In this document: one piece after another, positions 9,486-19,819 of the stretch
Position numbering within the stretch: the stretch's first letter is position 1
How the letters are laid out: the number at the start of each line of letters is the position of its first letter
Origin: Candidatus Latescibacterota bacterium
Lineage (GTDB): Bacteria > Latescibacterota > UBA2968
Assembly: GCA_965116885.1 (NCBI GenBank)
Contig: OZ220741.1
Coordinates: 5,376,001-5,440,000, forward strand
Direction: 5' to 3'
DNA: 64,000 bases
The notes under the pieces: generated by a model
What the model was told of the DNA's origin: nothing
The model's database searches: none
Seen by the model: only the letters and a program-made list of their open reading frames with translations
Translations under genes and position numbers: made by a program

Positions 9486-9530
9486 TCCGCTTCAACTGAT
9501 CTGTGAGGCTGTTCTCATAAGGAGTTTATC

Positions 9531-9725
9531 GTGCCTAAAATGAAAACTCATAGTGGTGCCAAAAAGCGTTTCAAAAAGCGCAGTTCTGGAAAAATCAGCC
9601 GTCGCCAGGCCACCGCAGCGCACAATTTGACAAAAAAGACGAGCAAGCGCAAAAGAGGCCTCCGTCAAACTGCTCATGTTCACGACTCTGACCAAAGCCG
9701 CGTCAATCGCCTGCTGGCGTCTTGA
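9531..9725 (+). CDS. rpmI: 50S ribosomal protein L35
   Basis: [15 protein letters not shown]; synteny with infC and rplT. Confidence 0.97.
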   Translation: MPKMKTHSGAKKRFKKRSSGKISRRQATAAHNLTKKTSKRKRGLRQTAHVHDSDQSRVNRLLAS

Positions 9726-9759
9726 CAGGGGTTGGTGTCACTGTTCATTGGAGATTAAA

Positions 9760-10113
9760 ATGCCGAGAGTAACTAACAGTCCTGCATCGAGACGCAGGCG
9801 AAAAAAAATTTTGAAACAAGCCAAGGGCTATCGGGGAGGGCGCAGCAAACTGCTTCGCACAGCCAGCAATGCCGTGGATCGCGCATTGCAATACGCCTAT
9901 CGTGACCGCAGACAAAAGAAAAGAAACTTTAGAGCATTATGGATTGCGCGAATCAATGCTGCAGCCAGACAAAACGGATTGACTTACAGCCGATTTATGG
10001 CGGGTTTAAAGCGCGATGGTATCGATATCAACCGCAAAGTATTGGCTAACCTGGCCGTAACCGACGCCAATGCATTTGCCGCATTGGCCGAAAGAGTTAA
10101 GCAAAACGCCTGA
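9760..10113 (+). CDS. rplT: 50S ribosomal protein L20
   Basis: MPRV...AKGYRG...[27 protein letters not shown] 9760 after GGAG. Confidence 0.97.
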   Translation: MPRVTNSPASRRRRKKILKQAKGYRGGRSKLLRTASNAVDRALQYAYRDRRQKKRNFRALWIARINAAARQNGLTYSRFMAGLKRDGIDINRKVLANLAVTDANAFAALAERVKQNA

Positions 10114-10129
10114 GTATCTCATTGAATCC

Positions 10130-10167
10130 AAAAAGCGAAATCCGGCACAGTGTGGATTTCGCTTTTT
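10130..10167 (+). terminator. Intrinsic terminator after rplT
   Basis: AAAAAGCGAAATCC-N10-GGATTTCGCTTTTT. Confidence 0.85.
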
Positions 10168-10269
10168 GCATGAGGGTCAAATCCTCTTGGGGCAAGCTTG
10201 ACTTTCGGATAAGATGATGTTAAATTGCCTCTATATTTAATAGCTTTCGGTTTTTTTTAAGGAGCGGAC

Positions 10270-10701
10270 ATGGATATTAACCCCTGGACAGTGAGAGACG
10301 CGAAAGAAGAAGAGGAAGTAGAAGAAGTGGATGGCAACGCCGAGACTGTAGAAGACACCGAAGAAGTAGAGGAAATTGGAGAAGAAGTAGATCTGATGGA
10401 TACTAACGCTGGAGCAGTGGCGGAGGGAGTGGACCGGCTCGTTGAAGCAATCAATAGCGCCATTGCAACCATTGAAGATTTGCGTCGTGAAAATGCCGAA
10501 TTGAGGCAACAGAATCAGGCATTGCAGTCAGATATATCGCGCCTTGAAGAAGAGCGAGTGGTTCTTTGTAGCGAGCGGGACCGACTGCAAGCCATTTACA
10601 ACGACAATGTGCTTCTGATAGACAATAAGGCGGAAATCCTGGATAAGGTCGAGGCGATGTTGCAGCGCCTCAATTCCTTAAACCCCGAAAAAAATGAGTG
10701 A
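10270..10701 (+). CDS. ZapB-like coiled-coil protein with an acidic N-terminus
   Basis: Heptad coiled coil ending ILDKVEAMLQRL; directly upstream of zapA. Confidence 0.6.
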   Translation: MDINPWTVRDAKEEEEVEEVDGNAETVEDTEEVEEIGEEVDLMDTNAGAVAEGVDRLVEAINSAIATIEDLRRENAELRQQNQALQSDISRLEEERVVLCSERDRLQAIYNDNVLLIDNKAEILDKVEAMLQRLNSLNPEKNE

Positions 10702-10979
10702 TGTCTGTTTTGTCCGACGTGCGCGTTCAGATATTTGGCTCAGAATATCGCATTGCCAGTGAAACTGATCCCGAACACATTCGCAAGGTGGCGAATTACA
10801 TCGATCAGAAAATGCGAGAAATAGCCAGTGCCCTTGCACTCCGCACCAGATCAACAGTAGCTGTATTGACGGCTGTGAATTTGGCTGATGAGCTTTTTAA
10901 GATTGAGGAAGAAGATCGCCGAATAGATCGGCTTTCACGCGAGAAAGCCGATCAACTCGCAGACTCGGTCAACCTTTAG
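10701..10979 (+). CDS. zapA: Cell division protein ZapA
   Basis: VQIFGSEYRI...VANYIDQKMREI...AVLTAVNLADEL. Confidence 0.93.
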   Translation: MSVLSDVRVQIFGSEYRIASETDPEHIRKVANYIDQKMREIASALALRTRSTVAVLTAVNLADELFKIEEEDRRIDRLSREKADQLADSVNL

Positions 10980-11000
10980 CTCACGAGCGGAAGTGAGTAA

Positions 11001-11100
11001 AGCGCACATTGCGAGTGTGAGACAAGCTATCTCATGGGATTGTGAACCCCGCCGCGTTTGTCCTTAATAGTGGGCACAAGCGCAGTGGGGATTTCTTTTA
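11001..11100 (+). ncRNA. Candidate compact 6S-like RNA or structured rny leader
   Basis: Syntenic zapA-rny position. Closing stem CATTGCG-AG-TGTG pairs with CACA-AG-CGCAGTG around a central bubble and a short apical stem. Confidence 0.45.
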
Positions 11101-11114
11101 CAATGGAGAAAGTC

Positions 11115-12677
11115 ATGGAAATCGTATCTGTGATTGCCCTATCTACCGGGCTGTTGGTGCTGGGATTTGTTGTGGGATGGCTGATGTGCAGTAAAATTGC
11201 TCACAAGAGATTTTATCGCACCGATGCCACAATCGAACAAATTTTGGAAGATGCTCGAAGAGAGGCAGAAACTGAAAAACGCACCGCGCTTTTAGAAGCT
11301 AAAGATCAGATTTATCACGAGCGCGTACAAGCTGAAAAAACACTGGAAGACCGCAACAGTGAAGTGGAACGCAAAGAAGAAGAGTTAGATCGCATGTCAA
11401 ACGAACTGAATCGGCGTGCAGATCTGCTCAACCACAAAGCTGGACAAATGGAAGAATTGGAACAAAAATTGGTACAACAGCAAGACGAACTATCCGTAAA
11501 AGAGCTGGAATTGGAAGCGATTTTAGAAGCTCAAAATACGCGATTAGAACGCATTGCAGCCCTGACGCGCCAGCAGGCCAAACGCGAATTGATGGAAAAT
11601 TTGGAGGCCGAAGCCCAGCGCGAAGTCGCCTGGCGCTTAAAAGAAATTCGGGAAGACGCACAAGCGCGGGCCAGTGATGAAGCGAGGGAGATTATCGCAA
11701 GCGCGATTCAGAGATTGGCAGTAGATTACACGGTAGAATCAACGGTAACAGTTGTCGAGTTGCCAGCCGATGAAATGAAAGGTCGAATAATCGGGCGAGA
11801 AGGACGTAATATTCGATCTTTTGAGATGTGTACTGGTGTAGATGTGATTGTTGACGATACCCCCAAAGCCGTGGTGCTGTCCGGATTTGATCCCATTCGC
11901 CGCGCAATTGCCAAGACAGCTTTGGAGGACCTTGTAATGGATGGACGCATTCATCCGGGCCGAATCGAAGAAGTGGTTAAAAAATCGCGAGAAAATATGC
12001 ACGAATTGATTCAACAAGCGGGTGAAGAGGCCATCTTTGACATGGGAGTGCCCGGCCTGCACGACCGTCTGATCGAATGTCTTGGGCGATTAAAATTCCG
12101 GACGAGCTATGGACAAAATATGTTAAACCACAGCAAAGAGGTCGCTTTTTTAGCCGGGATGATGGCCACTCACCTGGGGCTGGATGCACAACTTGCCAAA
12201 CGCGCCGGTTTGCTGCACGATATCGGCCAGGGAATCAGCCACGAATTTGAAGGTACTCCTGGACAAAATGGTGCTGATATGGCAAAAAAATACAACGAGG
12301 ATGATGAAGTGATCAACGCAATTGAAGCCCATCACGGCGAGGCGGACCCGATCTCGCCTATCGCAGTGCTGGTCGATGCCGCAGACGCCATTTCGAGAGT
12401 TCGTCCGGGCGCGAGGCGCGAGGTACTGGAAAACTATGTGCGCCGATTGGAACATCTGGAGCAAACCGCTCGAGAAATAGAGGGAGTAGATGCGGTTTAC
12501 GCTATTCAAGCAGGTCAGGAGATTCGAGTAGTCGCCAACTATGGATTAATCAGCGATGAAGACACCGAGCGACTATCTGCACAAATTGCCGAACGGCTGG
12601 AAAAAACGATGACGTATCCGGGACATATAAAGGTGACCGTGATTCGCGAGGTGCGCGCCGTTAATTTTGCGCGATAA
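11115..12677 (+). CDS. rny: Ribonuclease Y
   Basis: N-terminal TM and coiled coil, KH domain (KGRIIGREGRNIR), HD domain (LLHDIG), RPGARRE. Start could instead be 11103. Confidence 0.96.
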   Translation: MEIVSVIALSTGLLVLGFVVGWLMCSKIAHKRFYRTDATIEQILEDARREAETEKRTALLEAKDQIYHERVQAEKTLEDRNSEVERKEEELDRMSNELNRRADLLNHKAGQMEELEQKLVQQQDELSVKELELEAILEAQNTRLERIAALTRQQAKRELMENLEAEAQREVAWRLKEIREDAQARASDEAREIIASAIQRLAVDYTVESTVTVVELPADEMKGRIIGREGRNIRSFEMCTGVDVIVDDTPKAVVLSGFDPIRRAIAKTALEDLVMDGRIHPGRIEEVVKKSRENMHELIQQAGEEAIFDMGVPGLHDRLIECLGRLKFRTSYGQNMLNHSKEVAFLAGMMATHLGLDAQLAKRAGLLHDIGQGISHEFEGTPGQNGADMAKKYNEDDEVINAIEAHHGEADPISPIAVLVDAADAISRVRPGARREVLENYVRRLEHLEQTAREIEGVDAVYAIQAGQEIRVVANYGLISDEDTERLSAQIAERLEKTMTYPGHIKVTVIREVRAVNFAR

Positions 12678-12686
12678 AAATAGCGG

Positions 12687-13478
12687 ATGAAAATTTTATT
12701 TGTAGGCGATATTTATGGCAAGCCCGGGCGACGGGCCGCCGCACATTTGATTCCCCAACTGATCGCACAGCACGCCATTGATTTCTGCGTTGTCAATGGT
12801 GAAAATTCTGCTGGCGGTTTTGGTATTACCGCAAAAATTGGACAAAAATTTCACGCTTACGGTGCCGATGTAATTACCATGGGCGATCACGTCTGGGATC
12901 AGAAAGATTCGGTTGGCTATATTCAAACAGGCGACCGGATTTTACGTGCAGCCAACTTCCCCAAAGAGGTTGGAGGTGTTGGTGCAGCGGTTTTTTCAGC
13001 GCGCAATGGAACATCGGTTGCAGTGCTCAGTCTGCTTGGGCGAACATATATGAAAATGGCGTTGGACTGTCCCTTTAGAACAGGGCAATGCGCCGTGGAG
13101 CAACTGCAAAAGAAAACGCCTGTTATTCTCGTCGATTTCCACGCTGAAGCGACCTCCGAAAAAATCGCTTTTGGACACTATATGGACGGCAGAGTCAGCG
13201 CAGTTTTGGGCACACATACCCATGTTCAAACAGCCGATAATGAGATTTTGCCCGGCGGAACCGCATATATGACAGATGTCGGCATGACAGGGCCTCACGA
13301 TTCGGTTATTGGCGCAAAAAAAGACCCTGCGATTCACCGCTTCATAAACCAGATGCCCGTGCGTTTTGAGCCAGCCACAGGCGATATAAAACTCTGCGGT
13401 GCCCTCATCGATGTGGATGAACGCTCTGGGCGTGCGCAACACATCGAGCGACTGCGCCTCGATTTAGAGGAGGGATAA
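12687..13478 (+). CDS. ymdB: YmdB/TIGR00282 metallophosphoesterase
   Basis: GDIYGKPGR, NGENSAGG, DFHAEATSEK, GTHTHV, TDVGMTG. Confidence 0.93.
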   Translation: MKILFVGDIYGKPGRRAAAHLIPQLIAQHAIDFCVVNGENSAGGFGITAKIGQKFHAYGADVITMGDHVWDQKDSVGYIQTGDRILRAANFPKEVGGVGAAVFSARNGTSVAVLSLLGRTYMKMALDCPFRTGQCAVEQLQKKTPVILVDFHAEATSEKIAFGHYMDGRVSAVLGTHTHVQTADNEILPGGTAYMTDVGMTGPHDSVIGAKKDPAIHRFINQMPVRFEPATGDIKLCGALIDVDERSGRAQHIERLRLDLEEG

Positions 13479-13479
13479 G

Positions 13480-14670
13480 GTGGAACACCCGCTTTCGGTA
13501 TCGGACGTCACGCAGGCGGTCAAGCAAACCCTTGAAATGCAATTTCCGCCCATGTGGGTCGTCGGTGAGTTGACCTCCTTTTCTCAGCCTTCATCCGGAC
13601 ACCGGTATTTCACGCTCTCAGACCCTCACAGCCAATTGCGCTGTGTGATGTGGCGCTCGCGTCCCATAACCGGATTTCGTCCCACAACGGGAATGGCCGT
13701 GTTGGCACAGGGACAGTTGACGGTATATGAACGACGGGGGGAATATCAATTTAATGTGTCACAGTTGTTTCCCGCGGGGGTGGGACAACAACTAATCGCC
13801 TATGAAAAACTGAAAAAAAAATTATCAGAAGAGGGCCTTTTTGACGAAGATCGAAAACGATCTCTACCCCAATACCCCAGAGCCATTGGGGTTGTGACTT
13901 CGAAGACAGGTGCAGCTTTTCGAGATATTTTGGACGTATTAAAACGGCGATTTCCCGCTGTCCGCATTGTTTTGCGCCCCGCGCAGGTGCAGGGATTGGA
14001 CGCGCCAGAAGATATTGCACAAGGCATTGCCGATCTCAATGACTTTGGCAAAGTAGATGTATTGATTGTTGGACGCGGCGGTGGCTCCGCTGAAGATTTG
14101 GCCGCATTTAACGACGAGACAGTAGTGCGGGCAATTGCGGATTCTGAAATTCCAGTTATTTCAGCCGTAGGACACGAGATCGACATCTCCCTATCGGATA
14201 TAGCGGCTGACGTGCGCGCACCAACCCCTTCTGCTGCCGCAGAAATTGCCGTACGCGATATTTTAGAAGTGCGCGAACAAGTCGGGCGGCTCACACTTCG
14301 CACGCGGGAGTTTATGCAGCGATTGTTAGACGAGAATGAAGACCAGCTAAAAGCGTACGAAAGCAGTTATGGCATGCGGCGGTTGTCCGATTTGATCTTT
14401 CAAAATGCGCAACACGTCGATGAATTAAACCGCGATTTATACGCACTCCTGCGACGGCTATTTGAAAGCCGATTAGCCGACTATCACCGCGTGACCGGCA
14501 AATTGGGATCACTCAGTCCCCTGTCAGTGCTCGAGCGGGGATTTGGCCTCGTACAACGCGAAGACGGTTCGGTCGTATCTGACGCAGGGATTTTGACACC
14601 CCGTGAACATCTACACATTCGGTTTGCAAAAGGCGAAGCAACCTGTAGAGTAGAAAAAATAAAAAGGTAA
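13480..14670 (+). CDS. xseA: Exodeoxyribonuclease VII large subunit
   Basis: SGHRYFTL, GRGGGSAEDL, SAVGHEID, RAPTPSAAAE, LERGF. Confidence 0.96.
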   Translation: MEHPLSVSDVTQAVKQTLEMQFPPMWVVGELTSFSQPSSGHRYFTLSDPHSQLRCVMWRSRPITGFRPTTGMAVLAQGQLTVYERRGEYQFNVSQLFPAGVGQQLIAYEKLKKKLSEEGLFDEDRKRSLPQYPRAIGVVTSKTGAAFRDILDVLKRRFPAVRIVLRPAQVQGLDAPEDIAQGIADLNDFGKVDVLIVGRGGGSAEDLAAFNDETVVRAIADSEIPVISAVGHEIDISLSDIAADVRAPTPSAAAEIAVRDILEVREQVGRLTLRTREFMQRLLDENEDQLKAYESSYGMRRLSDLIFQNAQHVDELNRDLYALLRRLFESRLADYHRVTGKLGSLSPLSVLERGFGLVQREDGSVVSDAGILTPREHLHIRFAKGEATCRVEKIKR

Positions 14671-14676
14671 AATCCA

Positions 14677-14937
14677 ATGCCAAAAAATAAAACAGAAACA
14701 CCTGCATTTGAAACCGCTTTGAAGCAATTGGAGACGGCTGTAGATCGTTTAGAAGAAGGTGCACTGCCCTTGTCAGAGGCACTAAAAGTGTTTGAAGAAG
14801 GTCTAAAAGCATCCAATCAATGCCGCAGTTTATTAGAAGATGCGCGGCAACAGGTTGAAGTGTTGATACGCGATAGCGATGGTGAATTTGAATTGGTATC
14901 CATAGATTCCAATGGCGAAGGGTTTGCAGGCGAATGA
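14677..14937 (+). CDS. xseB: Exodeoxyribonuclease VII small subunit
   Basis: FETALKQLE...LEEGALPLSEALKVFEEG. Confidence 0.95.
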   Translation: MPKNKTETPAFETALKQLETAVDRLEEGALPLSEALKVFEEGLKASNQCRSLLEDARQQVEVLIRDSDGEFELVSIDSNGEGFAGE

Positions 14938-15794
14938 AGTCCATCGGTTTGTTTTCGAACCCGACCCAACCGGGCATGGGCGTTGCGGTCGATCAATTGG
15001 CCCAACGCATCCATCAAAGAGGTATTGGGGTGCTGATCGCCGATAACTTGCGGCAAATTTGTACATCTGATTCCAAATGGTTTTGTCCGGTTGATCAGTT
15101 GCCCACACGCGCCGACATCATTGTGGCAATGGGTGGTGATGGTACCTTATTGCGCGCAGCCGATGTGGTCTATCCGCATAGCACGCCGATTTTGGGCGTG
15201 AACCTGGGGCGATTGGGGTTTTTGTCAGGCGCGGAACCCCGCGAACTGGACGATGGGCTGGATCGGTTGTTATGTGGCGATTATACCGTTGAAGAACGGA
15301 TAGCACTGCACGCACAAACCCACACGCAAAAAGCATTTGCGCTCAATGAAGTTGTAATTGAACGCAGTGTCAAAGCGCGTCTGGTGCAGGTCGTAATGCT
15401 GGTTGAAGGTCGGCCCGTGAGTTCTTTTTACGGCAATGGATTAATTCTGGCAACGCCGACGGGATCCACGGGTTACAGCCTGTCTTCTGGCGGCCCAATA
15501 GTCCATCCAAATTTATCCGTGCTCGTCGCCACGCCTATATGTCCGCATTCGCTGTCTCAGCGTCCAATGGTAATGCCGGGCGATCAGTCGGTAACGATTA
15601 AGGTAATAGCTGATCAATCCGATGAAATTATGTTATCCACAGATGGACGCACTGTGTGTTCGCTTTCCCCTGAAGAACCCGTTACAGTACAACGAGCCTC
15701 CGAACCCGTGCGCTTTATCAATATGCAGGGGTTGACCTTTTACGATTTGTTGCAGCGCAAATTAGACTGGAGTCTGGATCGGCGAGACGAGTAA
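14934..15794 (+). CDS. nadK: NAD kinase
   Basis: GGDGT, NLGRLGFL, LNE, TPTGSTGYSLSSGGP. Confidence 0.95.
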   Translation: MKSIGLFSNPTQPGMGVAVDQLAQRIHQRGIGVLIADNLRQICTSDSKWFCPVDQLPTRADIIVAMGGDGTLLRAADVVYPHSTPILGVNLGRLGFLSGAEPRELDDGLDRLLCGDYTVEERIALHAQTHTQKAFALNEVVIERSVKARLVQVVMLVEGRPVSSFYGNGLILATPTGSTGYSLSSGGPIVHPNLSVLVATPICPHSLSQRPMVMPGDQSVTIKVIADQSDEIMLSTDGRTVCSLSPEEPVTVQRASEPVRFINMQGLTFYDLLQRKLDWSLDRRDE

Positions 15795-15806
15795 AGGAGT
15801 TGCCCC

Positions 15807-17510
15807 TTGTTGTCTCAATTGCATGTGATAAATTATGCCCTGATCGACGATATGGAAGTCGAGTTTGGTAAAGGGTTAAATATCATTACAGGCGAAACCG
15901 GCGCTGGTAAGTCCATTCTGGTCGGAGCATTGGGCCTGATACTGGGTATGCGAGCGAGCCCCGATGTGATCCGCACAGGCGCAAAAAAATGCACAGTAGA
16001 AACCATTTTTGAACTCTATCTTCAACACCCGGCACTCAAACTCCTGAATGACATGGGCATTGAAACAGAAAATGGTGAGCTAATTTTGCGGCGGGATGTA
16101 CTATTAGAAGGGCGCAGTCGGTGCTACGCCAATGGCCTGTCCATTCCCGTGCGTACACTGCGAGAATTGGGCCGCGCGCTGGTCGATTTGCACGGTCAAC
16201 ACGACCATCAATCGCTTCTAAATATCGATCAGCACCTGAACTTTTTGGACGGTTTTGGCGGCTTGCAAACAGCACGCGCACAGGTCGAAAAATCATATCA
16301 TCAAGTGGTGCAATTACAAAATCGGCTGATCGAAAAAACTGCCGTTGCCCAGCGCCAGCGAGAAAGGCGTGAACTACTGGACTTTCAGATCAAAGAAATC
16401 CATGCGGCAAAACCAGATCCCGGCGAAGACGAACGCCTACAACGCGAACAGTCCGTGCTTTTGCATGCAGAACGACTACTCGAGATCGCCTATCAGATAG
16501 AACAGGTGCTTTATGAAGGCGAACAATCCGTGGCCGATCAACTCGGCGAAGGCGCGCACCTCCTGAACGAGGCCGCACAAATGGATAGCGGCTTAGAGCC
16601 AATAGCTGAAGAACTCAATGGTCTGAGGTACGGTGCAGAGGAACTGGCCCGCGCCTTTGGCGATTATGCCAATCGCGTAGAACACAATCCCCAACGCCTA
16701 TCAGAAGTAACAGAGCGATTAGAAACGCTAAACGCGTTGAAAAAAAAATACGGCGGCGATCTGGAAAGTGTGCTATCCTATGAAAAAAAAGCCCAAAAAG
16801 AATTGGAACTCACCGACGAACTCGAAGAATCCATAAAAAAGATTCAGATCAAAATTGACGATGCAATACAGACATTCACACATTGTTGTGAGAAATTGTC
16901 AAAAGGAAGACACAAAGCCGCTGGCAAATTGTCAAAAGCGATATGCCGCGCCTTGCGCGAACTGGGCATGCCCGATGTGCAATTTGACGTCCAATTGGAT
17001 CGGCGGCCAGATCCCGAAGGCCTGATTGAATGCGATGGTCAGCGATTTGAAGCGGGACCACAAGGCATAGAACGCGGCGAATTTTTTATTTCGACCAACC
17101 CGGGCGAAGCCATCCGTCCGCTGGTAAAAGTAGCGTCCGGCGGTGAAATTTCGCGTATTATGCTCGCGATGAAAACCGTGCTGGCGCATACCGATTCGGT
17201 ACAAGTGCTAATTTTTGACGAAATCGACATCGGAATTTCCGGACGCATTGCAGAGGTTGTAGGCAAAAAATTGCGCGACCTGTCAGAAACGTATCAGACC
17301 ATTTCAATTACGCATTTGCCACAAATTGCAAAAATGGCTGATCGGCATTTTTCAGTCAGAAAAGAAGTGGTTGATCAGCGTGCGGTAACCCGAGTAATTC
17401 CGCTAAACGAAGAGACACGTGCCGACGAACTCGCTTTGATGATGGGCGGCGAAGAGATTTCGGAATTGACCCTGCAACACGCCCGCGAAATGCTGGCAGC
17501 AAAACCGTAA
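15807..17510 (+). CDS. recN: DNA repair protein RecN
   Basis: TGETGAGKS, HGQHDHQ, ASGGEISR, FDEID, ITHLPQ. Confidence 0.96.
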   Translation: MLSQLHVINYALIDDMEVEFGKGLNIITGETGAGKSILVGALGLILGMRASPDVIRTGAKKCTVETIFELYLQHPALKLLNDMGIETENGELILRRDVLLEGRSRCYANGLSIPVRTLRELGRALVDLHGQHDHQSLLNIDQHLNFLDGFGGLQTARAQVEKSYHQVVQLQNRLIEKTAVAQRQRERRELLDFQIKEIHAAKPDPGEDERLQREQSVLLHAERLLEIAYQIEQVLYEGEQSVADQLGEGAHLLNEAAQMDSGLEPIAEELNGLRYGAEELARAFGDYANRVEHNPQRLSEVTERLETLNALKKKYGGDLESVLSYEKKAQKELELTDELEESIKKIQIKIDDAIQTFTHCCEKLSKGRHKAAGKLSKAICRALRELGMPDVQFDVQLDRRPDPEGLIECDGQRFEAGPQGIERGEFFISTNPGEAIRPLVKVASGGEISRIMLAMKTVLAHTDSVQVLIFDEIDIGISGRIAEVVGKKLRDLSETYQTISITHLPQIAKMADRHFSVRKEVVDQRAVTRVIPLNEETRADELALMMGGEEISELTLQHAREMLAAKP

Positions 17511-17530
17511 AACAGTATAAGGAGCATAGA

Positions 17531-18679
17531 GTGAGACCGATAATTCCCGACGATCTCCGAGACATTGGAGAAAAAGTAAACCTGGGGCAACGGCTTTCTG
17601 CCGAAGATGGCATGCGGCTTTACGAGACGCCCGACCTCAATGCCGTGGGATACTTGGCCAATATCGCGCGCGAACGCCTGTGTGGCAATGTGGCGTGGTA
17701 CGTCCGAAATCAGCACATCAACTATACCAACGTCTGCAACAAACTGTGCCGGTTTTGTTCCTTCTATGTAAAACCAAAAGACGAGCGGGGCTATGTGTTA
17801 TCGCCCGAAGATATTCAAAAGCGCGTATTGGAATACATCGACCTGCCCATTTCTGAAATCCACATGGTCGCGGGCATCAATCCCAAACTCCCCTATTCGT
17901 ACTATCTCGACATCGTGCGCGCCGTCAAAGATGTGCGACCCGATGTGGCGGTAAAAGCATTTACCGCAATCGAATGGGTGCAAATTGCGCGTATTGCAAA
18001 AAAGCCACTAAAGGATGTCATGACCGAATTAAAAGCAGCCGGCGTATCGTCCATTCCCGGCGGGGGTGCAGAAGTATTTAGCGATCGCGTACAGGAAGAT
18101 TTATTCTGGACCAAAGCGGACTCCGAAGAATGGCTCGAAGTGGCGCGCACGGCGCATGAAGTCGGCCTGCCAACCAATGCGACAATGCTATATGGTCATA
18201 TCGAAAACCCACAAGAACGCATCGATCATCTCGTGCGATTGCGCGAATTACAGGACGAGACCGGCGGTTTTTTGACGTATATTCCCCTGTCATTTCATCC
18301 CGAACGCACAGAATTAGAGCATCTGCCTGGGCCGACAGGTATCGCTGATTTAAGAGAAATTGCCGTAGGGCGATTGATGCTGGACAATTTCTACCACATC
18401 AAAACGTTCTGGATTATGAATACCATTGAAATTTCACAGGTAGCTTTGTGGTATGGCGCAGACGATATCGACGGCACAATACAAGAATACGAAATTACGC
18501 GCCGTTCATATTCAGAGACGCGACAGGTACTCACCCGCAAACAACTGGTCGAACGCGTTATAGAAGCCGGACGCGATCCCGTTGAGCGGGATAATCTATA
18601 CAATATCTTATCGACCGACCGAGAGATTGTCGAAGAGACACCTATAGGAATTCCAGGTGAAATTCCAGTAATTTCGTAA
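17531..18679 (+). CDS. mqnE: Aminofutalosine synthase (radical SAM)
   Basis: HINYTNVCNKLCRFC, VKAFTA, PGGGAE, NATMLYGH, LDNFYHIK, GADDIDGT. Confidence 0.88.
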   Translation: MRPIIPDDLRDIGEKVNLGQRLSAEDGMRLYETPDLNAVGYLANIARERLCGNVAWYVRNQHINYTNVCNKLCRFCSFYVKPKDERGYVLSPEDIQKRVLEYIDLPISEIHMVAGINPKLPYSYYLDIVRAVKDVRPDVAVKAFTAIEWVQIARIAKKPLKDVMTELKAAGVSSIPGGGAEVFSDRVQEDLFWTKADSEEWLEVARTAHEVGLPTNATMLYGHIENPQERIDHLVRLRELQDETGGFLTYIPLSFHPERTELEHLPGPTGIADLREIAVGRLMLDNFYHIKTFWIMNTIEISQVALWYGADDIDGTIQEYEITRRSYSETRQVLTRKQLVERVIEAGRDPVERDNLYNILSTDREIVEETPIGIPGEIPVIS

Positions 18680-18706
18680 TCTCCCAGAATTCGAACGGAA
18701 AACAAC

Positions 18707-19807
18707 ATGATCGACGACATTGTTGAAAAAGTATATAACGACGAACGCATTTCCACAGATGACGCCATGCGCTTGTTCGCACATCCCAATATAACCGAAT
18801 TGGGCTTGTTGGCCGATGTGGTGCGGCGCCGCAAATGGCCCAAAGACACGGTAACTTATAATATCGGGCGAAATATCAATTACACCAATGTATGCTGGGT
18901 AAGATGCGATTTTTGTGCATTCTACCGCCCGCCGGGATCCGACGAAGGCTATACATTGCCCAGAGAGCAGATCTTTGAAAAAATTGACGAACTCATTGCC
19001 GTGGGCGGCGACGTGTCAAAAGGCAGCGAGATTTTGATGCAAGGGGGATTGAACCCAAAACTGCGCGTGGATTACTACGAAGACCTCTTTTCCTCAATAC
19101 GCAATCGCTACCCGCAAATCCATCAGCACTGTTTATCCGCCACAGAAATTATTTATATCGCGCACATCTCGCGTATGTCACTCGAAAAATGCATTCGCCG
19201 CTTGCGCGATGCCGGGCTGGATTCTATCCCGGGAGCTGGCGCAGAAATTTTGTCGGATGAGGTGCGCGACATCATCGGCTTTCGCAAAGACCGCGTCCAC
19301 GAATGGCTTGCTGTTCATCGCATTGCACACGAATTGGACATGCACACATCGGCGACCATGATGTATGGACATGTCGAAACCATTGAACAGCGAATAGAAC
19401 ATCTGGAACACATTCGCAATTTGCAGGATGAGACGGGCGGATTCACCGCATTTATCGCGTGGAATTTTCAGCCAGATTCCACCGCCCTTGCCAATGACCA
19501 GGGGCGATGGAATGGCATAAAAGCCACCGGATTTGACTATTTGCGAACCATCGCCATCGCGCGCCTGTTTTTGGACAACATCAAAAGTTTTCAAGCATCG
19601 TGGGTAACGCAGGGCGCCAAGGTCGCACAGGTCAGCTTAAAATACGGCGTGAACGATTTTGGCAGCACAATGATGGAAGAAAACGTAGTCAGCGCAGCAG
19701 GCACGAGCCATACGGATACCATGACACTTCAAGAGATGCAACGGCTCATTCGGGATGCGGGATACGAGCCTGTAAGGCGAAATACGCGATATGAGATTTT
19801 GAATTAG
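18707..19807 (+). CDS. mqnC: Cyclic dehypoxanthinyl futalosine synthase
   Basis: RNINYTNVCWVRCDFCAF, LMQGG, QASWVTQG, NDFGSTMMEENVV. Confidence 0.9.
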   Translation: MIDDIVEKVYNDERISTDDAMRLFAHPNITELGLLADVVRRRKWPKDTVTYNIGRNINYTNVCWVRCDFCAFYRPPGSDEGYTLPREQIFEKIDELIAVGGDVSKGSEILMQGGLNPKLRVDYYEDLFSSIRNRYPQIHQHCLSATEIIYIAHISRMSLEKCIRRLRDAGLDSIPGAGAEILSDEVRDIIGFRKDRVHEWLAVHRIAHELDMHTSATMMYGHVETIEQRIEHLEHIRNLQDETGGFTAFIAWNFQPDSTALANDQGRWNGIKATGFDYLRTIAIARLFLDNIKSFQASWVTQGAKVAQVSLKYGVNDFGSTMMEENVVSAAGTSHTDTMTLQEMQRLIRDAGYEPVRRNTRYEILN

Positions 19808-19819
19808 GGGTAAGTAGCA

